The notes under the pieces are model-generated. The model did not search any database. It saw only the letters and a list, made by a program, of their open reading frames with translations, and was not told the origin of the DNA. Position numbers and translations under genes: made by a program. From a plasmid, in assembly GCF_056746865.1 (NCBI RefSeq), contig NZ_JBWKMP010000004.1: DNA of 64,000 nt; one strand, given 5' to 3'. The stretch's first letter is position 1. Each line of letters opens with the position of its first letter. Below are positions 41,265-52,564 of this stretch, piece by piece.

Positions 41265-42041
41265 ATGAACGAAAACAGCACGCTGAACGCACTGATTTGT
41301 CGTCACGCCCGCAACCTGCTGCTGGCGCAGGGCTGGCCGGAAGAGACGGATGTTGACCAGCGTAACCCGAAGTATCCGGGCTGGATCAGCATTTATGTTC
41401 TGCTGGATGCGCCCCGGCTGGCGACGTTACTTATCAACCGTCACGGCGGCGTACTGCCGCCGCTCCTGGCCTCCGCCATTCAGAAACTGACCGGAACCGG
41501 GGCGGAACTGGTACTGTCCGGCAGTCAGTGGCAGTCGCTGCCGGTACTTCCGGCAGACGGAACGCAGGTGTCTTTCCCGTATGCCGGAGAATGGCTGACC
41601 GAAGACGAAATCAGGGCTGTACTTGCGGCGGTGCGCGATGCGGTACGCAGTGTCAGTTGCCGGGTGGCAGAAGATGCGCGGCGTATCCGGGCGGCGCTGA
41701 CCACCACCGGTCAGACGTTGCTGACTCGCCAGACGCGCCGCTTTCGTCTGGTTGTGAAGGAAAGCGATCACCCCTGCTGGCTCGATGAAGATGACGAAAA
41801 CCTGCCCGTGGTGCTCGATGCCATCGTGAACCGGGGAGCACGTTTTTCGTCGGTGGAAATGTACCTGGTCAGCGATTGTATTGAGCATATCCTGTCCAGT
41901 GGGCTGGCCTGCGATGTGCTGCGTATACCGGATGAACCGCCCCGCCGCTGGTTTGACCGTGGTGTTCTGCGGGAGGTGGTCCGGGAAGCCCGGGCCGAAA
42001 TCCGCAGCATGGCGGATGCCCTGGCAAAAATCCGGAAATGA
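41265..42041 (+). CDS. hypothetical leading-region protein (258 aa)
   Basis: ATG at 41265 preceded by GGGAGA; within track ORF 41214-42041. Confidence 0.5.
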   Translation: MNENSTLNALICRHARNLLLAQGWPEETDVDQRNPKYPGWISIYVLLDAPRLATLLINRHGGVLPPLLASAIQKLTGTGAELVLSGSQWQSLPVLPADGTQVSFPYAGEWLTEDEIRAVLAAVRDAVRSVSCRVAEDARRIRAALTTTGQTLLTRQTRRFRLVVKESDHPCWLDEDDENLPVVLDAIVNRGARFSSVEMYLVSDCIEHILSSGLACDVLRIPDEPPRRWFDRGVLREVVREARAEIRSMADALAKIRK

Positions 42042-42458
42042 TGACGTTGGCGGGGTAAATCCCCGCCTTTTTCCTGCCGGTCCCCGGACAGAGCACAAAG
42101 GAAGTCGCCGCCGGCTCCGCTTTACCCGGCCATGCGGGGCATGGCCTTGTGGGTTTTCAGTTATGTGGCCTCAGCGTCGTGTGCGGGCTGTGCCGTGCCT
42201 CCATCGTAGCCGGGCTGGCAGGGATGCAAGGGTACGCTTCGCCGCTGCGGTCACCCGGTCCCTCCTTCCCGTCTGCCGTGATTTTCCGGTCGTTCACCCG
42301 CTCAGATTTCGCGGTCTCACCCTCCAACTCCCGCCAGCCGTGTGCGTCAGGCTGCGGCTTCCCTTGCGCCCTGTGCATCCCCGCCTTATCGCCCGGCTTT
42401 TATGGAGGCACGGCACCGCCCGGTGTCGCGGAATATGTGAACAACGGAGGAAAACATC

Positions 42459-42884
42459 ATGCAATATGCGAAACCTGTCACTCTGAACGTTGAAGAGTGC
42501 GACCGTCTCTCCTTTCTACCGTATCTGTTTGGCAACGATTTTCTGTATGCCGAGGCGTATGTGTACGCGCTGGCGCAAAAAATGATGCCGGAATATCAGG
42601 GAGGCTTCTGGCACTTCATCCGCCTGCCGGACGGTGGCGGTTACATGATGCCGGATGGCGACCGTTTCCACATGGTGAACGGTGCAAACTGGTTTGACCG
42701 TACCGTGAGTGCTGATGCCGCAGGCATCATTCTGACTTCCCTTGTGATTAACCGCCAGTTGTGGCTGTACCACGACAGCGGGGATGCAGGACTGACCCAG
42801 CTTTACCGGATGCGCGATGCGCAGTTGTGGCGTCACATCGAATTTCACCCCGAATGCAACGCGATTTACGCGGCACTGGACTGA
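42459..42884 (+). CDS. ArdB/KlcA-family antirestriction protein
   Basis: 141-aa [40 protein letters not shown]... size and sequence consistent with KlcA/ArdB family. Confidence 0.7.
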   Translation: MQYAKPVTLNVEECDRLSFLPYLFGNDFLYAEAYVYALAQKMMPEYQGGFWHFIRLPDGGGYMMPDGDRFHMVNGANWFDRTVSADAAGIILTSLVINRQLWLYHDSGDAGLTQLYRMRDAQLWRHIEFHPECNAIYAALD

Positions 42885-42930
42885 TTAACGGACGGGGCGG
42901 CAATGCCGCCCCTGTAAAGGAGACGAGAAC

Positions 42931-43353
42931 ATGTACTGTACTGTTAAAGAAATTATCCGCGAAGTGCTGAACACAGACGTGCCGGACAGTGAATGCGTTT
43001 TTGCCGTGGTGCTGACCCGTGGGGATGTGCGTCACATAGCCCAGGACTGGAGTCTGACAGACGATGAGCTGGAAACCGTCATGCAGCGACTGGACGATGC
43101 CTTTGCGCATGGTGCGGATGTCAGCATTGTTCACGACGTTGTTCGTGAGCTGATGGAAGAAAAGCGCGCCAGCCGTCAGGTGACAGTTCCGGCGGTGATG
43201 CTGGAAAAAGTGATGGCGCTGGCAGGCAGTGAAATGAAGCGCCTGTATGCCGTCGGGAGCGAGAACGGGGGCGACGGTGACGCATTCGTCAGGGAAGAAC
43301 GCGAAGCAATGGACGTTGTGTTACAGGCGCTGGACGGGGAGCACATGTCATGA
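42931..43353 (+). CDS. hypothetical leading-region protein (140 aa)
   Basis: ORF with AAAGGAGA RBS upstream. Confidence 0.5.
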   Translation: MYCTVKEIIREVLNTDVPDSECVFAVVLTRGDVRHIAQDWSLTDDELETVMQRLDDAFAHGADVSIVHDVVRELMEEKRASRQVTVPAVMLEKVMALAGSEMKRLYAVGSENGGDGDAFVREEREAMDVVLQALDGEHMS

Positions 43354-43879
43354 ATATCAGCACAGAAACCCGCGAAATTCTGCGCAATTACAAAGCCGTG
43401 ATTAATGCGCGGCGTCGTGAAATGGGGCAGAAACCGCTCACCACTGCGCAGATTGTTGATGAAATCTGCGATTTTGTGGCGAATCAGCAGGCTGTATTCC
43501 TCGGCGGTCACTACATCCTTCAGGGCAGCATAAACAGGTGATACAGGGGCAGGCGGTGGAGGCCGCCTGTCAGCCCGCGCGAAAACCCCTGGCAGGCTGA
43601 CGCCTGCCGGAAGGGAAGCGGGCCACGCTGGCGCGTCGCCCGTTACCCTTCCCGTCTGTGATGTGTCTGACTCAGGAGTGTTTCTTTCTTATGTTATGGA
43701 ACTGTTCCTGATGTTGTTGTTCCTTTATCTACTGCTCTGATTCTGACTACTGCAGTGTTGTTCTGTCTGCCGGGCGCACCTTCGGCTCCCGGCTGCCTGG
43801 CGGCATCCGGTCGTCAGGCCCGACTCCGACAGGCAGCTGCTGGCGCACCTGCCAGTCTCCGCCGAACCCGCTGGCGCGG

Positions 43880-44345
43880 TTTCGGGCTGCCGCTACGGTC
43901 CGATGCGTGAAAACCCCTGGCTTGCAGCGACCGTTCCGGTCGCGCCGCCTCTGTCGCGCCGTGGCCTGCGCTCCCGGCATCCCGGCAAAAGGCCGCCGGG
44001 ATGTAAGGGGCAACGCCGTTTCGCGCACGCGCTCTCCGTCGTTGCGGCGGGCCCCTGCTCATTGCCTGCCGGGTGCCACACACCCGTATGAGTCCCTGTC
44101 GCCGGGGGCATAGACAGCCACAACCTGCCGCACTGACTGTCCAGGGTAAATGAACAGCCCACAAAATTTTTTACCCAAAAACCGGTAAAAAATTTTGCGT
44201 TCTGCCCAGGACAGGTGCGTCAGGCCGTGGCAGTGATGCCCCTTGCGGCGAAGGTTCTCAAACGGGTGAAGTTCATACCACAGGGAATACAGCAGCAGGT
44301 TCCCGCGAAACGTCAAAACCGCGGCTCCCGAAACTCAACGGGTGA
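43880..44345 (+). repeat. Frpo/ssi-like leading-region repeat, copy 1 (diverged)
   Basis: ~85-90% identical to copies at 47090-47650 and 52565-53140; GC-rich stem-forming segment followed by conserved promoter-like core. Confidence 0.6.
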
Positions 44346-44578
44346 TGTTCTTTAAAAATCAGGATTTATTTCAGGCTCCGGCAATACGCATTTATTTGTT
44401 CTGTCAGTCATCCGGCTGGCAGGTAATGAGAACGCAGGAACAGAAGGAGGAAAACACCGGAGAACGTCAGACGCAGATATGAAAAAAGCAGGCCGGGGAG
44501 GACCTGCTTAATCCACACCGCAAAAACTGTTCGAGCAGTTTCTGCGGTTCCATTCAACAGTCATAAGGAGTTTCATTT

Positions 44579-44809
44579 ATGACGGTAAGTATTGTTTCAC
44601 CTTCCGCAGCGGCTGTAAAGCCCCGCCGTCATCCCCGTTTCAGACGCGAAGACATCCCCGCGCCGGAAATTGACCCCGTGCTGAAAGCCTTCGGGCGACA
44701 CATTGCCCGGAGTTTTCACCGGGGACGTGGTGTACACATCCCCGCCATGAAAAATACGGCTTTCGGGCAGGTGCTCCGCACACTCGAACTGAAACGCGCT
44801 TTTAACTGA
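44579..44809 (+). CDS. hypothetical protein (76 aa)
   Basis: ORF downstream of repeat copy 1. Confidence 0.4.
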   Translation: MTVSIVSPSAAAVKPRRHPRFRREDIPAPEIDPVLKAFGRHIARSFHRGRGVHIPAMKNTAFGQVLRTLELKRAFN

Positions 44810-44860
44810 TGAGGTGAGCCGCCCCGCGAGGGGCGGCAACAGACGGAAGGAGAACATTTT

Positions 44861-46222
44861 ATGACATTAGCTGCAATCACCATGACCGCCCCGGAAGCCG
44901 CCAGCCCTGTGCAGATGTACCGCGCGACCTACTCACCGGATGACAACAAACTGCGCCTGTATGCCGCGTCACGTCTTGACCCGGAGACGTATAAAAAAGT
45001 GCATGATGCCGGTTTCCGCTGGGCACCCAGACAGGCGCTGTTTGTCGCGCCAGCCTGGACACCGGGCCGGGAAGACGTGCTCCTCTCACTTGCCGGAGAG
45101 ATTGAGGATGAAGACAGCACGCTCGCTGAACGTCAGGAAGCACGGGCGGAGCGGTTTACCGGATACAGCGGAAAGCGGGCCAGTGAATCCGCACAGGCAC
45201 TTGATGAAGTGGAAAGACTGGCCGCGATGATCCCGCCCGGTCAGCCCATTCTTGTGGGGCATCACAGCGAACGCCGCGCCCGTCGTGATGCGCAGCGTAT
45301 TGAAAACGGCATGAAACGTGCCGTGATGCTCTTTGAACGTGCGGAATACTGGGAAGAACGGGCGCGGTCGGCACTGCTTCACGCGAAGTATAAAGAACGC
45401 CCGGACGTTCGCTGGCGTCGTATCAAAAAAATCGAAGCTGATTTGCGCAAGGCTGAAAAGACCATCGCACAGTCGCAGAAATATCTGACGATGTGGCGGG
45501 CTGAATCGCTGGATCTGAATATGGCAAAACTCATCAGCAGTCATGACCATATCAGCGCCTGTTTCCCGCTGGATACGTATCCGCGCCCGGCAGAAAAAAG
45601 CCAGTATGAAGGGAGCCGGTCGTTATGGTCGGCCCTGGATGATGACATCATCACCACGGAGCAGGCCCGCGAAATTGCGATCCGCTGTCATGAACGGCAG
45701 ATTCAGCATCAGCAACGCTGGGTTAACCACTATCAGAACCGCCTGATCTATGAGCGTGCCATGCTGGACGAAAGCGGCGGCGTGGTTACCCGGACACAGG
45801 ATTTTGAGCCGGGCGGACAGGTTTTCAGCCGGGGCGAGTGGCTGACTATCATCCGCGTGAACAAAAGCAACGGGGCGGTGAGTTCAGTCACAACGCCAAA
45901 TTACAGTTTTCTCGGGTACAGCGGCACGATGAAAGTGACGCCCGATCGCATCACGGACTACAAAGCACCATCGGCAGAAGAGGCTGCCGTCGCCAGTCAG
46001 GCCGCGAAGCGTCCGCCGGTAGTCAACTATCCGGGGGAAGGTTTCCGGGAAATGACAAAGGCGCAGTGGGCCGCCCTGCCCCGGGACTGTAAGGCCGTGC
46101 GCAGTGTGGAAGAAGCAGAAGACCACGGGGCATACCGCTACCGCCGCACAATGGACAATAATTTCCGTCTGGTGAATGTGTATATCACCGACATGAAAAT
46201 CACGGAAATCCCACAGAAATAA
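44861..46222 (+). CDS. hypothetical leading-region protein (453 aa)
   Basis: long ORF with AGGAGA RBS; charged and coiled-coil-like central region. Confidence 0.6.
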   Translation: MTLAAITMTAPEAASPVQMYRATYSPDDNKLRLYAASRLDPETYKKVHDAGFRWAPRQALFVAPAWTPGREDVLLSLAGEIEDEDSTLAERQEARAERFTGYSGKRASESAQALDEVERLAAMIPPGQPILVGHHSERRARRDAQRIENGMKRAVMLFERAEYWEERARSALLHAKYKERPDVRWRRIKKIEADLRKAEKTIAQSQKYLTMWRAESLDLNMAKLISSHDHISACFPLDTYPRPAEKSQYEGSRSLWSALDDDIITTEQAREIAIRCHERQIQHQQRWVNHYQNRLIYERAMLDESGGVVTRTQDFEPGGQVFSRGEWLTIIRVNKSNGAVSSVTTPNYSFLGYSGTMKVTPDRITDYKAPSAEEAAVASQAAKRPPVVNYPGEGFREMTKAQWAALPRDCKAVRSVEEAEDHGAYRYRRTMDNNFRLVNVYITDMKITEIPQK

Positions 46223-46268
46223 GGTATATCCCCCCGGGAAATCCCCGGGGGATGACGGAGATAATGAT

Positions 46269-46832
46269 ATGCACAGTCAGTTAAGAGAACGTATCCGGCT
46301 GATGCGCGCAAGGCTGGATAACGCCGCGCCGGTTGCTGAAATCCGGGCTGAATCTCAGCTTTTTGTGAGTCCTGCCCCGATCTGTGATCGCCTGGTGACG
46401 CTGGCGGAAATCAGCAACCGTGATCACATTCTGGAACCCTCTGCCGGCACCGGGGCCATACTGCGGGCGATTCGGGATACCGCGCCGGAGGCCATGTGTG
46501 ATGCGGTGGAGATTAACAGCGGGCTGGTCCGGTATCTGCGGGAAAATTTTAACGGTGTCAGGGTACAGTGTGGCGACTTCATGGAATGGCAGCCGGTGCA
46601 GTATTACAGCCGGATCATTATGAATCCGCCGTTCAGTCACGGGCAGGATATCCGGCATATCCTGCGGGCTTTTTCCCTGTTGCGTCCGGGGGGCGTTCTG
46701 GTTGCCGTCTGTCTCAACGGGCCACGCCAGCAGGAGAAGCTGTTACCGTTTTCTGACGTCCGCGAGGAGCTGCCGCGCGGCACGTTTGCTTATACCGATG
46801 TCCCGACGATGATTATTCGTTTGCGTGCCTGA
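46269..46832 (+). CDS. class I SAM-dependent methyltransferase (putative DNA MTase)
   Basis: AdoMet motif ILEPSAGTGAI and NPPF motif (IIMNPPFSHG). Confidence 0.6.
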   Translation: MHSQLRERIRLMRARLDNAAPVAEIRAESQLFVSPAPICDRLVTLAEISNRDHILEPSAGTGAILRAIRDTAPEAMCDAVEINSGLVRYLRENFNGVRVQCGDFMEWQPVQYYSRIIMNPPFSHGQDIRHILRAFSLLRPGGVLVAVCLNGPRQQEKLLPFSDVREELPRGTFAYTDVPTMIIRLRA

Positions 46833-47011
46833 TGACACAGGGCTGGCGGGAGGATAAATGCCCGTCTGTCCGCGCCGGGAAAAAACCGCGCGCCGGTGGC
46901 GCTGAAAGGGGCCGCGCTCACGCGCCGCCCCTTTCATTACGCGGACGTTCTGATGGGGGCTTCTGTCTTTTCAGACCTGTCATTTGTCTGTTACTGATGA
47001 TGTTGTTGTTC

Positions 47012-47071
47012 CTGCTACTGCTACTGCTACTGCTACTGCTACTGCTACTGCTACTGCTACTGCTACTGCTA
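47012..47071. repeat. perfect tandem hexanucleotide repeat (CTGCTA)x10
   Basis: read directly; followed by one imperfect unit CTGTTC. Confidence 0.95.
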
Positions 47072-47089
47072 CTGTTCTTCTTTTTTCTA

Positions 47090-47650
47090 CTGCCCTGATT
47101 ATTGTCTGTTTTGTTGTTCTCCTGCTTATGCCTTTTCCGGGCGTCCCCCTGGCGGGGCGGGCTGTCGTGAACGGAGCCAGCGAAGCTGTCTCCGCCCTGG
47201 CGGGCTTCCATCCCTGACGCAAAAACCCGGGTTTGCAGCGACCGGAACGGTCGCGCCACCCTTGTCGCGCCGTGGCCTGCGCTCCCGGCATCCCGGCAAA
47301 AGACGCCGGGATGTAAGGAGCAACGCCGTTTCGCAAACCGCGCTTCACGTCGTTGCGGCGGGTCCCTGCCCGTTGTTCTGTCCGGTGCCATTCACCTGTT
47401 TAAGCCCCTGTCGCCGGGGGCATAGACAGCCACAACCTGCCGCACTGACTGTCCAGGGTAAATGAACAGCCCACAAAATTTTTTACCCAAAACCCGGTAA
47501 AAAATTTTGCGTTCTGCCCAGGACAGGTGCGTCAGGCCGTGGCAGTGATGCCCCTTGCGGCGAAGGTTCTCAAACAGGTGATGGTGAATACCGGAGGGAA
47601 CAAAAGGCAGGTCCCCGCAAAACGTCAAAACCGCGGCTCCCGAAACTCAA
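47090..47650 (+). repeat. Frpo/ssi-like leading-region repeat, copy 2 (upstream of ssb)
   Basis: near-identical to copy 3 over ~560 bp. Confidence 0.7.
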
Positions 47651-47692
47651 CAGATGATGGGGGCTGAAAACATCAACAGAAGGAGACACATC

Positions 47693-48220
47693 ATGGCAGT
47701 TCGTGGCATTAACAAGGTCATTCTTGTCGGTCGTCTGGGAAAAGATCCGGAAGTCCGTTACATCCCCAACGGGGGCGCAGTGGCAAACCTGCAGGTGGCC
47801 ACGTCAGAAACCTGGCGCGACAAACAGACGGGGGAAATGAAGGAGCAGACGGAATGGCACCGCGTGGTGCTGTTCGGCAAGCTCGCGGAAGTGGCAGGTG
47901 AATATCTGCGTAAGGGGGCGCAGGTCTACATTGAAGGCCAGCTTCGCACCCGTAGCTGGGAAGATAACGGTATTACCCGTTACGTCACCGAAATCCTTGT
48001 TAAAACCACGGGCACCATGCAGATGCTGGGGAGTGCACCACAGCAGAACGCTCAGGTGCAACCGCAGCCTCAGCAGAATGGTCAGTCACAGAGTGCTGAC
48101 GCGACGAAAAAAGGGAGCGCGAAAACGAAAGGCCGTGGACGTAAGGCTGCGCAGCCGGAGCCTCAGCCGCAACCACCGGAGGGGGAGGATTACGGGTTTT
48201 CAGACGATATCCCGTTCTGA
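47693..48220 (+). CDS. ssb: plasmid single-stranded DNA-binding protein
   Basis: [48 protein letters not shown]... ; C-terminal acidic tail DDIPF. Confidence 0.9.
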   Translation: MAVRGINKVILVGRLGKDPEVRYIPNGGAVANLQVATSETWRDKQTGEMKEQTEWHRVVLFGKLAEVAGEYLRKGAQVYIEGQLRTRSWEDNGITRYVTEILVKTTGTMQMLGSAPQQNAQVQPQPQQNGQSQSADATKKGSAKTKGRGRKAAQPEPQPQPPEGEDYGFSDDIPF

Positions 48221-48238
48221 CTGGCCTGACTGTGATAA

Positions 48239-48511
<273 letters not shown>

Positions 48512-48571
48512 GAGAGGTGCCGGACGGGGATCACGTCCGGCAGACATTAACTACACAATAAGGGGATAGTC

Positions 48572-50595
48572 ATGTCAGTAACAAAGTCTGAACCAAAATC
48601 TACCCGTAAAGCAAGCCGTAAACCTGCAAAAACGCAGGAAACTGTCCTGTCTGCCCTGCTGGCGCAGACGGAGGAAGTGAGCGTGCCGCTGGCCTCGCTG
48701 ATTAAGTCACCACTGAATGTGCGCACGGTGCCGTATTCTGCGGAGTCCGTCAGCGAACTGGCTGATTCCATTAAGGGGGTCGGCCTGCTGCAGAATCTGG
48801 TTGTTCATGCCCTGCCAGGTGACCGCCACGGTGTCGCCGCAGGTGGTCGCCGACTGGCAGCACTCAACATGCTGGCAGAGCGTGGCATCATTCCGGCTGA
48901 CTGGCCTGTCCGCGTGAAAATTATTTCGCAGGAACTGGCGACGGCCGCATCGATGACCGAGAACGGTCATCGTCGGGATATGCACCCAGCCGAACAGATT
49001 GCCGGATTCTGTGCAATGGCGCAGGAAGGCAAAACACCTGCACAAATCGGTGATTTGCTGGGCTATTCACCCCGCCACGTTCAGCGAATGCTGAAACTGG
49101 CTGACCTTGCGCCTGTCATCCTCGATGCGCTGGCAGAAGACCTCATCACCACCGAGCACTGTCAGGCGCTGGCGCTGGAGAACGACACCGCGCGTCAGGT
49201 GCAGGTGTTTGAAGCCGCCTGTCAGTCGGGATGGGGCGGTAAACCGGAAGTACAGACCATTCGTCGTCTGGTGACCGAAAGTGAAGTGGCGGTGGCAGGG
49301 AACAGTAAATTCCGCTTCGTGGGGGCTGATGCCTTCTCGCCAGATGAACTGCGCACTGACCTGTTCAGCGACGACGAGGGTGGCTATGTGGACTGCGTGG
49401 CGCTCGATGCCGCCCTGCTGGAAAAACTCCAGGCTGTTGCTGAACACCTTCGGGAAGCCGAAGGCTGGGGATGGTGCGCCGGACGCATGGAGCCTGTCGG
49501 TGAGTGCCGTGAGGATGCCGGAACATACCGCTGTCTGCCGGAGCCGGAAGCGGTGCTGACGGAGGCGGAAGAAGAACGTCTGAACGAACTGATGACGCGT
49601 TACGACGCGCTGGAAAACCAGTGTGAGGAATCTGACCTGCTGGAAGCAGAAATGAAGCTGATGCGCTGCATGGCGAAGGTCAGGGCGTGGACGCCGGAGA
49701 TGCGTGCCGGAAGCGGTGTGGTGGTGTCCTGGCGTTATGGCAACGTGTGTGTCCAGCGTGGTGTGCAGTTGCGCAGCGAGGATGATGCGGCTGACGACGC
49801 TGACCGCACGGAACAGGTGCAGGAGAAAGCGCCCGTGGAGGAAATCAGTCTGCCACTGCTGACGAAAATGTCTTCCGAACGCACGCTGGCAGTCCAGGCA
49901 GCACTGATGCAGCAACCGGACAAATCTCTGGCACTGCTGGCATGGACGCTCTGCCCTGATGAATCCCCTAATGATTTTTACCAAAATCATTAGGGGATTC
50001 ATCAGCGCTCTGCCTGAATGTGTTTGGCAGCGGAGCGTACAGTAAACCAGCACAAATCAGCCTGGAATGTAAACATTATTCGCTGACCAGCGATGCGCCA
50101 TCGGGGAAGGACGGTGCCGCATTCCTGGCGCTGATGGCAGAAAAAGCCCGTCTTGCAGCCCTGTTACCGGAGGGATGGTCACGGGATATGACGACATTCC
50201 TGTCACTCAGCCAGGAGGTACTGTTATCCCTGCTCAGTTTCTGCACCGCGTGCAGCATCCACGGCGTTCAGACCCGCGAGCATGGTCACACGTCACGCAG
50301 TCCGCTGGACTCGCTGGAGAGCGCTATCGGATTCCACATGCGCGACTGGTGGCAGCCGACGAAAGCAAACTTCTTCGGACACCTGCAAAAGCCGCAGATT
50401 ATCGATGCCCTGAATGATGCCGGACTGTCCGGTGCTGCGCGGGACGCGGAGAAAATGAAGAAAGGCGATGCCGCTGAACATGCAGAGTTCCACATGAAAG
50501 ACAACCGCTGGGTGCCTGGCTGGATGTGTACACCACGTCCACAGGCAGAGACGGAAACCACGGAGTACCGTGACGACCAGGCAGAAGCCGCCTGA
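48572..50595 (+). pseudogene. ParB-like nuclease domain protein, interrupted at 49947-50014 by a 50-bp Tn10 remnant plus 9-bp duplication
   Basis: two adjacent track ORFs (48572-49993, 50020-50595) in different frames; removing 59 bp restores a ~655-aa frame. Confidence 0.75.
49956..50005. mobile_element. 50-bp IS10/Tn10 nearly-precise-excision remnant
   Basis: CTGATGAATCCCCTAATGATTTT-TACC-AAAATCATTAGGGGATTCATCAG (two IS10 outside-end 23-mers inverted); flanked by 9-bp direct repeat CGCTCTGCC. Confidence 0.8.
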
Positions 50596-50663
50596 CCGCC
50601 AGTCATAAACCATTTATCACGCCGCCCTGCCGGAGACGGGGCGGCAGCAAGGGAGATACCGTG

Positions 50664-51098
50664 ATGAAAACTGAACTGACCCTGAATGTATTACAGACCA
50701 TGAGCGCACAGGAATATGAAGATATCCGGGCTGCCGGAAGTGATGAACGTCGTGAACTCACACATGCCGTGATGCGGGAGCTGGATGCGCCGGATAACTG
50801 GACGATGAACGGCGAGTATGGCAGCGAGTTCGGCGGCTTTTTCCCCGTCCAGGTCCGTTTCACGCCTGCCCACGAACGTTTTCACCTGGCGTTATGTTCA
50901 CCGGGCGATGTCTCTCAGGTCTGGGTGCTGGTTCTGGTGAATGCCGGTGGTGAGCCGTTTGCGGTGGTTCAGGTACAGCGGCGGTTTGCACCGGAAGCCG
51001 TCAGCCATTCACTGGCACTGGCGGCGTCACTGGACGCGCAGGGGTACAGCGTCAGTGACATCATCCATATCCTGATGGCGGAAGGAGGTCAGGCATGA
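50664..51098 (+). CDS. psiB: plasmid SOS inhibition protein PsiB
   Basis: [41 protein letters not shown]... Confidence 0.9.
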
Positions 51099-51814
51099 GC
51101 GCACGTTCACAGGCACTGGTTCCCCTCAGCGCAGAGCAACAGGCCGCATGGCGGGCGGTGGCGGAGACAGAAAAACGCCGCCACCAGGGAAACACGCTGG
51201 CGGAATATCCGTATGCGGGGGCGTTTTTCCGCTGTCTGAACGGAAGCCGCAGGATATCGCTGTCTGACCTGCGATTTTTCATGCCGTCCCTGACCGCAGA
51301 AGAACTGCGCGGCAACCGTTCTCAGTGGCTGTATGCCGTCGATGTGCTGATTGAAACTCAGGGCGAGGTCTGCCTTCTTCCCCTTCCCGGCGATGCAGCA
51401 GAGCGGCTGTTCCCGTCGGTGCGGTTCCGTGTCAGGGAGCGCAGTCGCCACAAATCCGCACTGGTCATGCAAAAGTACAGCCGCCAGCAGGCGAGGGAGG
51501 CAGAGCAGAAAGCCCGTGCGTACCAGGCGCTGGTCGCTCAGGCTGAAATCGAACTGGCATTCCATTCGCCGGAAACAGTCGGAAGCTGGCATGCACGCTG
51601 GAGTGACCGGGTGGCAGAGCATGACCTGGAAACCCTGTTCTGGCAGTGGGGTGAGCGTTTTCCGTCACTGGCCGGAATGGAACGCTGGCAGTGGCAGGAT
51701 ATGCCGTTCTGGCAGGTTATTGCGGAAGCCAGTCTTGCAGCAAGAGAGGCCGGTCACGCTGTCCGTGAGATGGAGCGGTGGATGGTGCCGAACAAACTCC
51801 GGGAGGCGGCGTGA
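51095..51814 (+). CDS. psiA: PsiA
   Basis: 239-aa ORF overlapping psiB stop. Confidence 0.85.
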
Positions 51815-52035
51815 TGCGGCAACAATCACACAGATTACCCGTAAACAGCCTGAATGAGCGGGTTATTTTCAGGAAAAGTGAGTGTGGTCAGCGTGCAGGT
51901 ATATGGGCTATGATGTGCCCGGCGCTTGAGGCTTTCTGCCTCATGACGTGAAGGTGGTTTGTTACCGTGTTGTGTGGCAGAAAGAAGATAGCCCCGTAGT
52001 AAGTTAATTTTCATTAACCACCACGAGGCATCCCT

Positions 52036-52248
52036 ATGTCTAGTCCACATCAGGATAGCCTCTTACCGCGCTTTGCGCAAGGAGAAGAAGGCCATGAAAC
52101 TACCACGAAGTTCCCTTGTCTGGTGTGTGTTGATCGTGTGTCTCACACTGTTGATATTCACTTATCTGACACGAAAATCGCTGTGCGAGATTCGTTACAG
52201 AGACGGACACAGGGAGGTGGCGGCTTTCATGGCTTACGAATCCGGTAA
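52036..52248 (+). CDS. mok: Mok-like reading frame overlapping hok (translational coupling element)
   Basis: 70-aa frame overlapping the hok ORF in another frame, as in hok/sok-type loci. Confidence 0.45.
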   Translation: MSSPHQDSLLPRFAQGEEGHETTTKFPCLVCVDRVSHTVDIHLSDTKIAVRDSLQRRTQGGGGFHGLRIR

Positions 52249-52252
52249 GTAG
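52094..52252 (+). CDS. hok: Hok-family type I toxin (FlmA/SrnB-like)
   Basis: 52-aa [52 protein letters not shown]. Confidence 0.85.
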   Translation: MKLPRSSLVWCVLIVCLTLLIFTYLTRKSLCEIRYRDGHREVAAFMAYESGK

Positions 52253-52564
52253 CAACCTGGAGGCGGGCGCAGGCCCGCCTTTTCAGGGCTGATGCTGGTC
52301 TGACTGCACTGAAGCGCCTTTATAAAGGGGCTGCTGGTTCGCCGGTGGCCCCTTTCTCCTTGCTGGCATTGTACGGGCATGAACAACCAGACTGCCAGGA
52401 AGGCCGTTTCCCTCCGGGAACGGGGATGAACGTGCGCCTGCGGCGCCCGTTCTTTTCCCCCGCCTTCTCTGTTTATGACTTACCAGAAATCACATCACCT
52501 TCCCTTTGATTATTCTCTTTTTCCTCCTGCTCTGACTCTGATTACTGCTCTGACTCTGATTACT

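Noticed and set aside
46980-47391. Minus-strand ORFs with poly-Ser or poly-Val-Ala tracts
   Set aside because: Translation artefacts of the (CTGCTA)n tandem repeat and GC-rich stem region
49067-50053. 328-aa minus-strand ORF
   Set aside because: Antisense to the ParB-like nuclease gene; Arg/His-rich low-complexity translation typical of a spurious GC-rich frame
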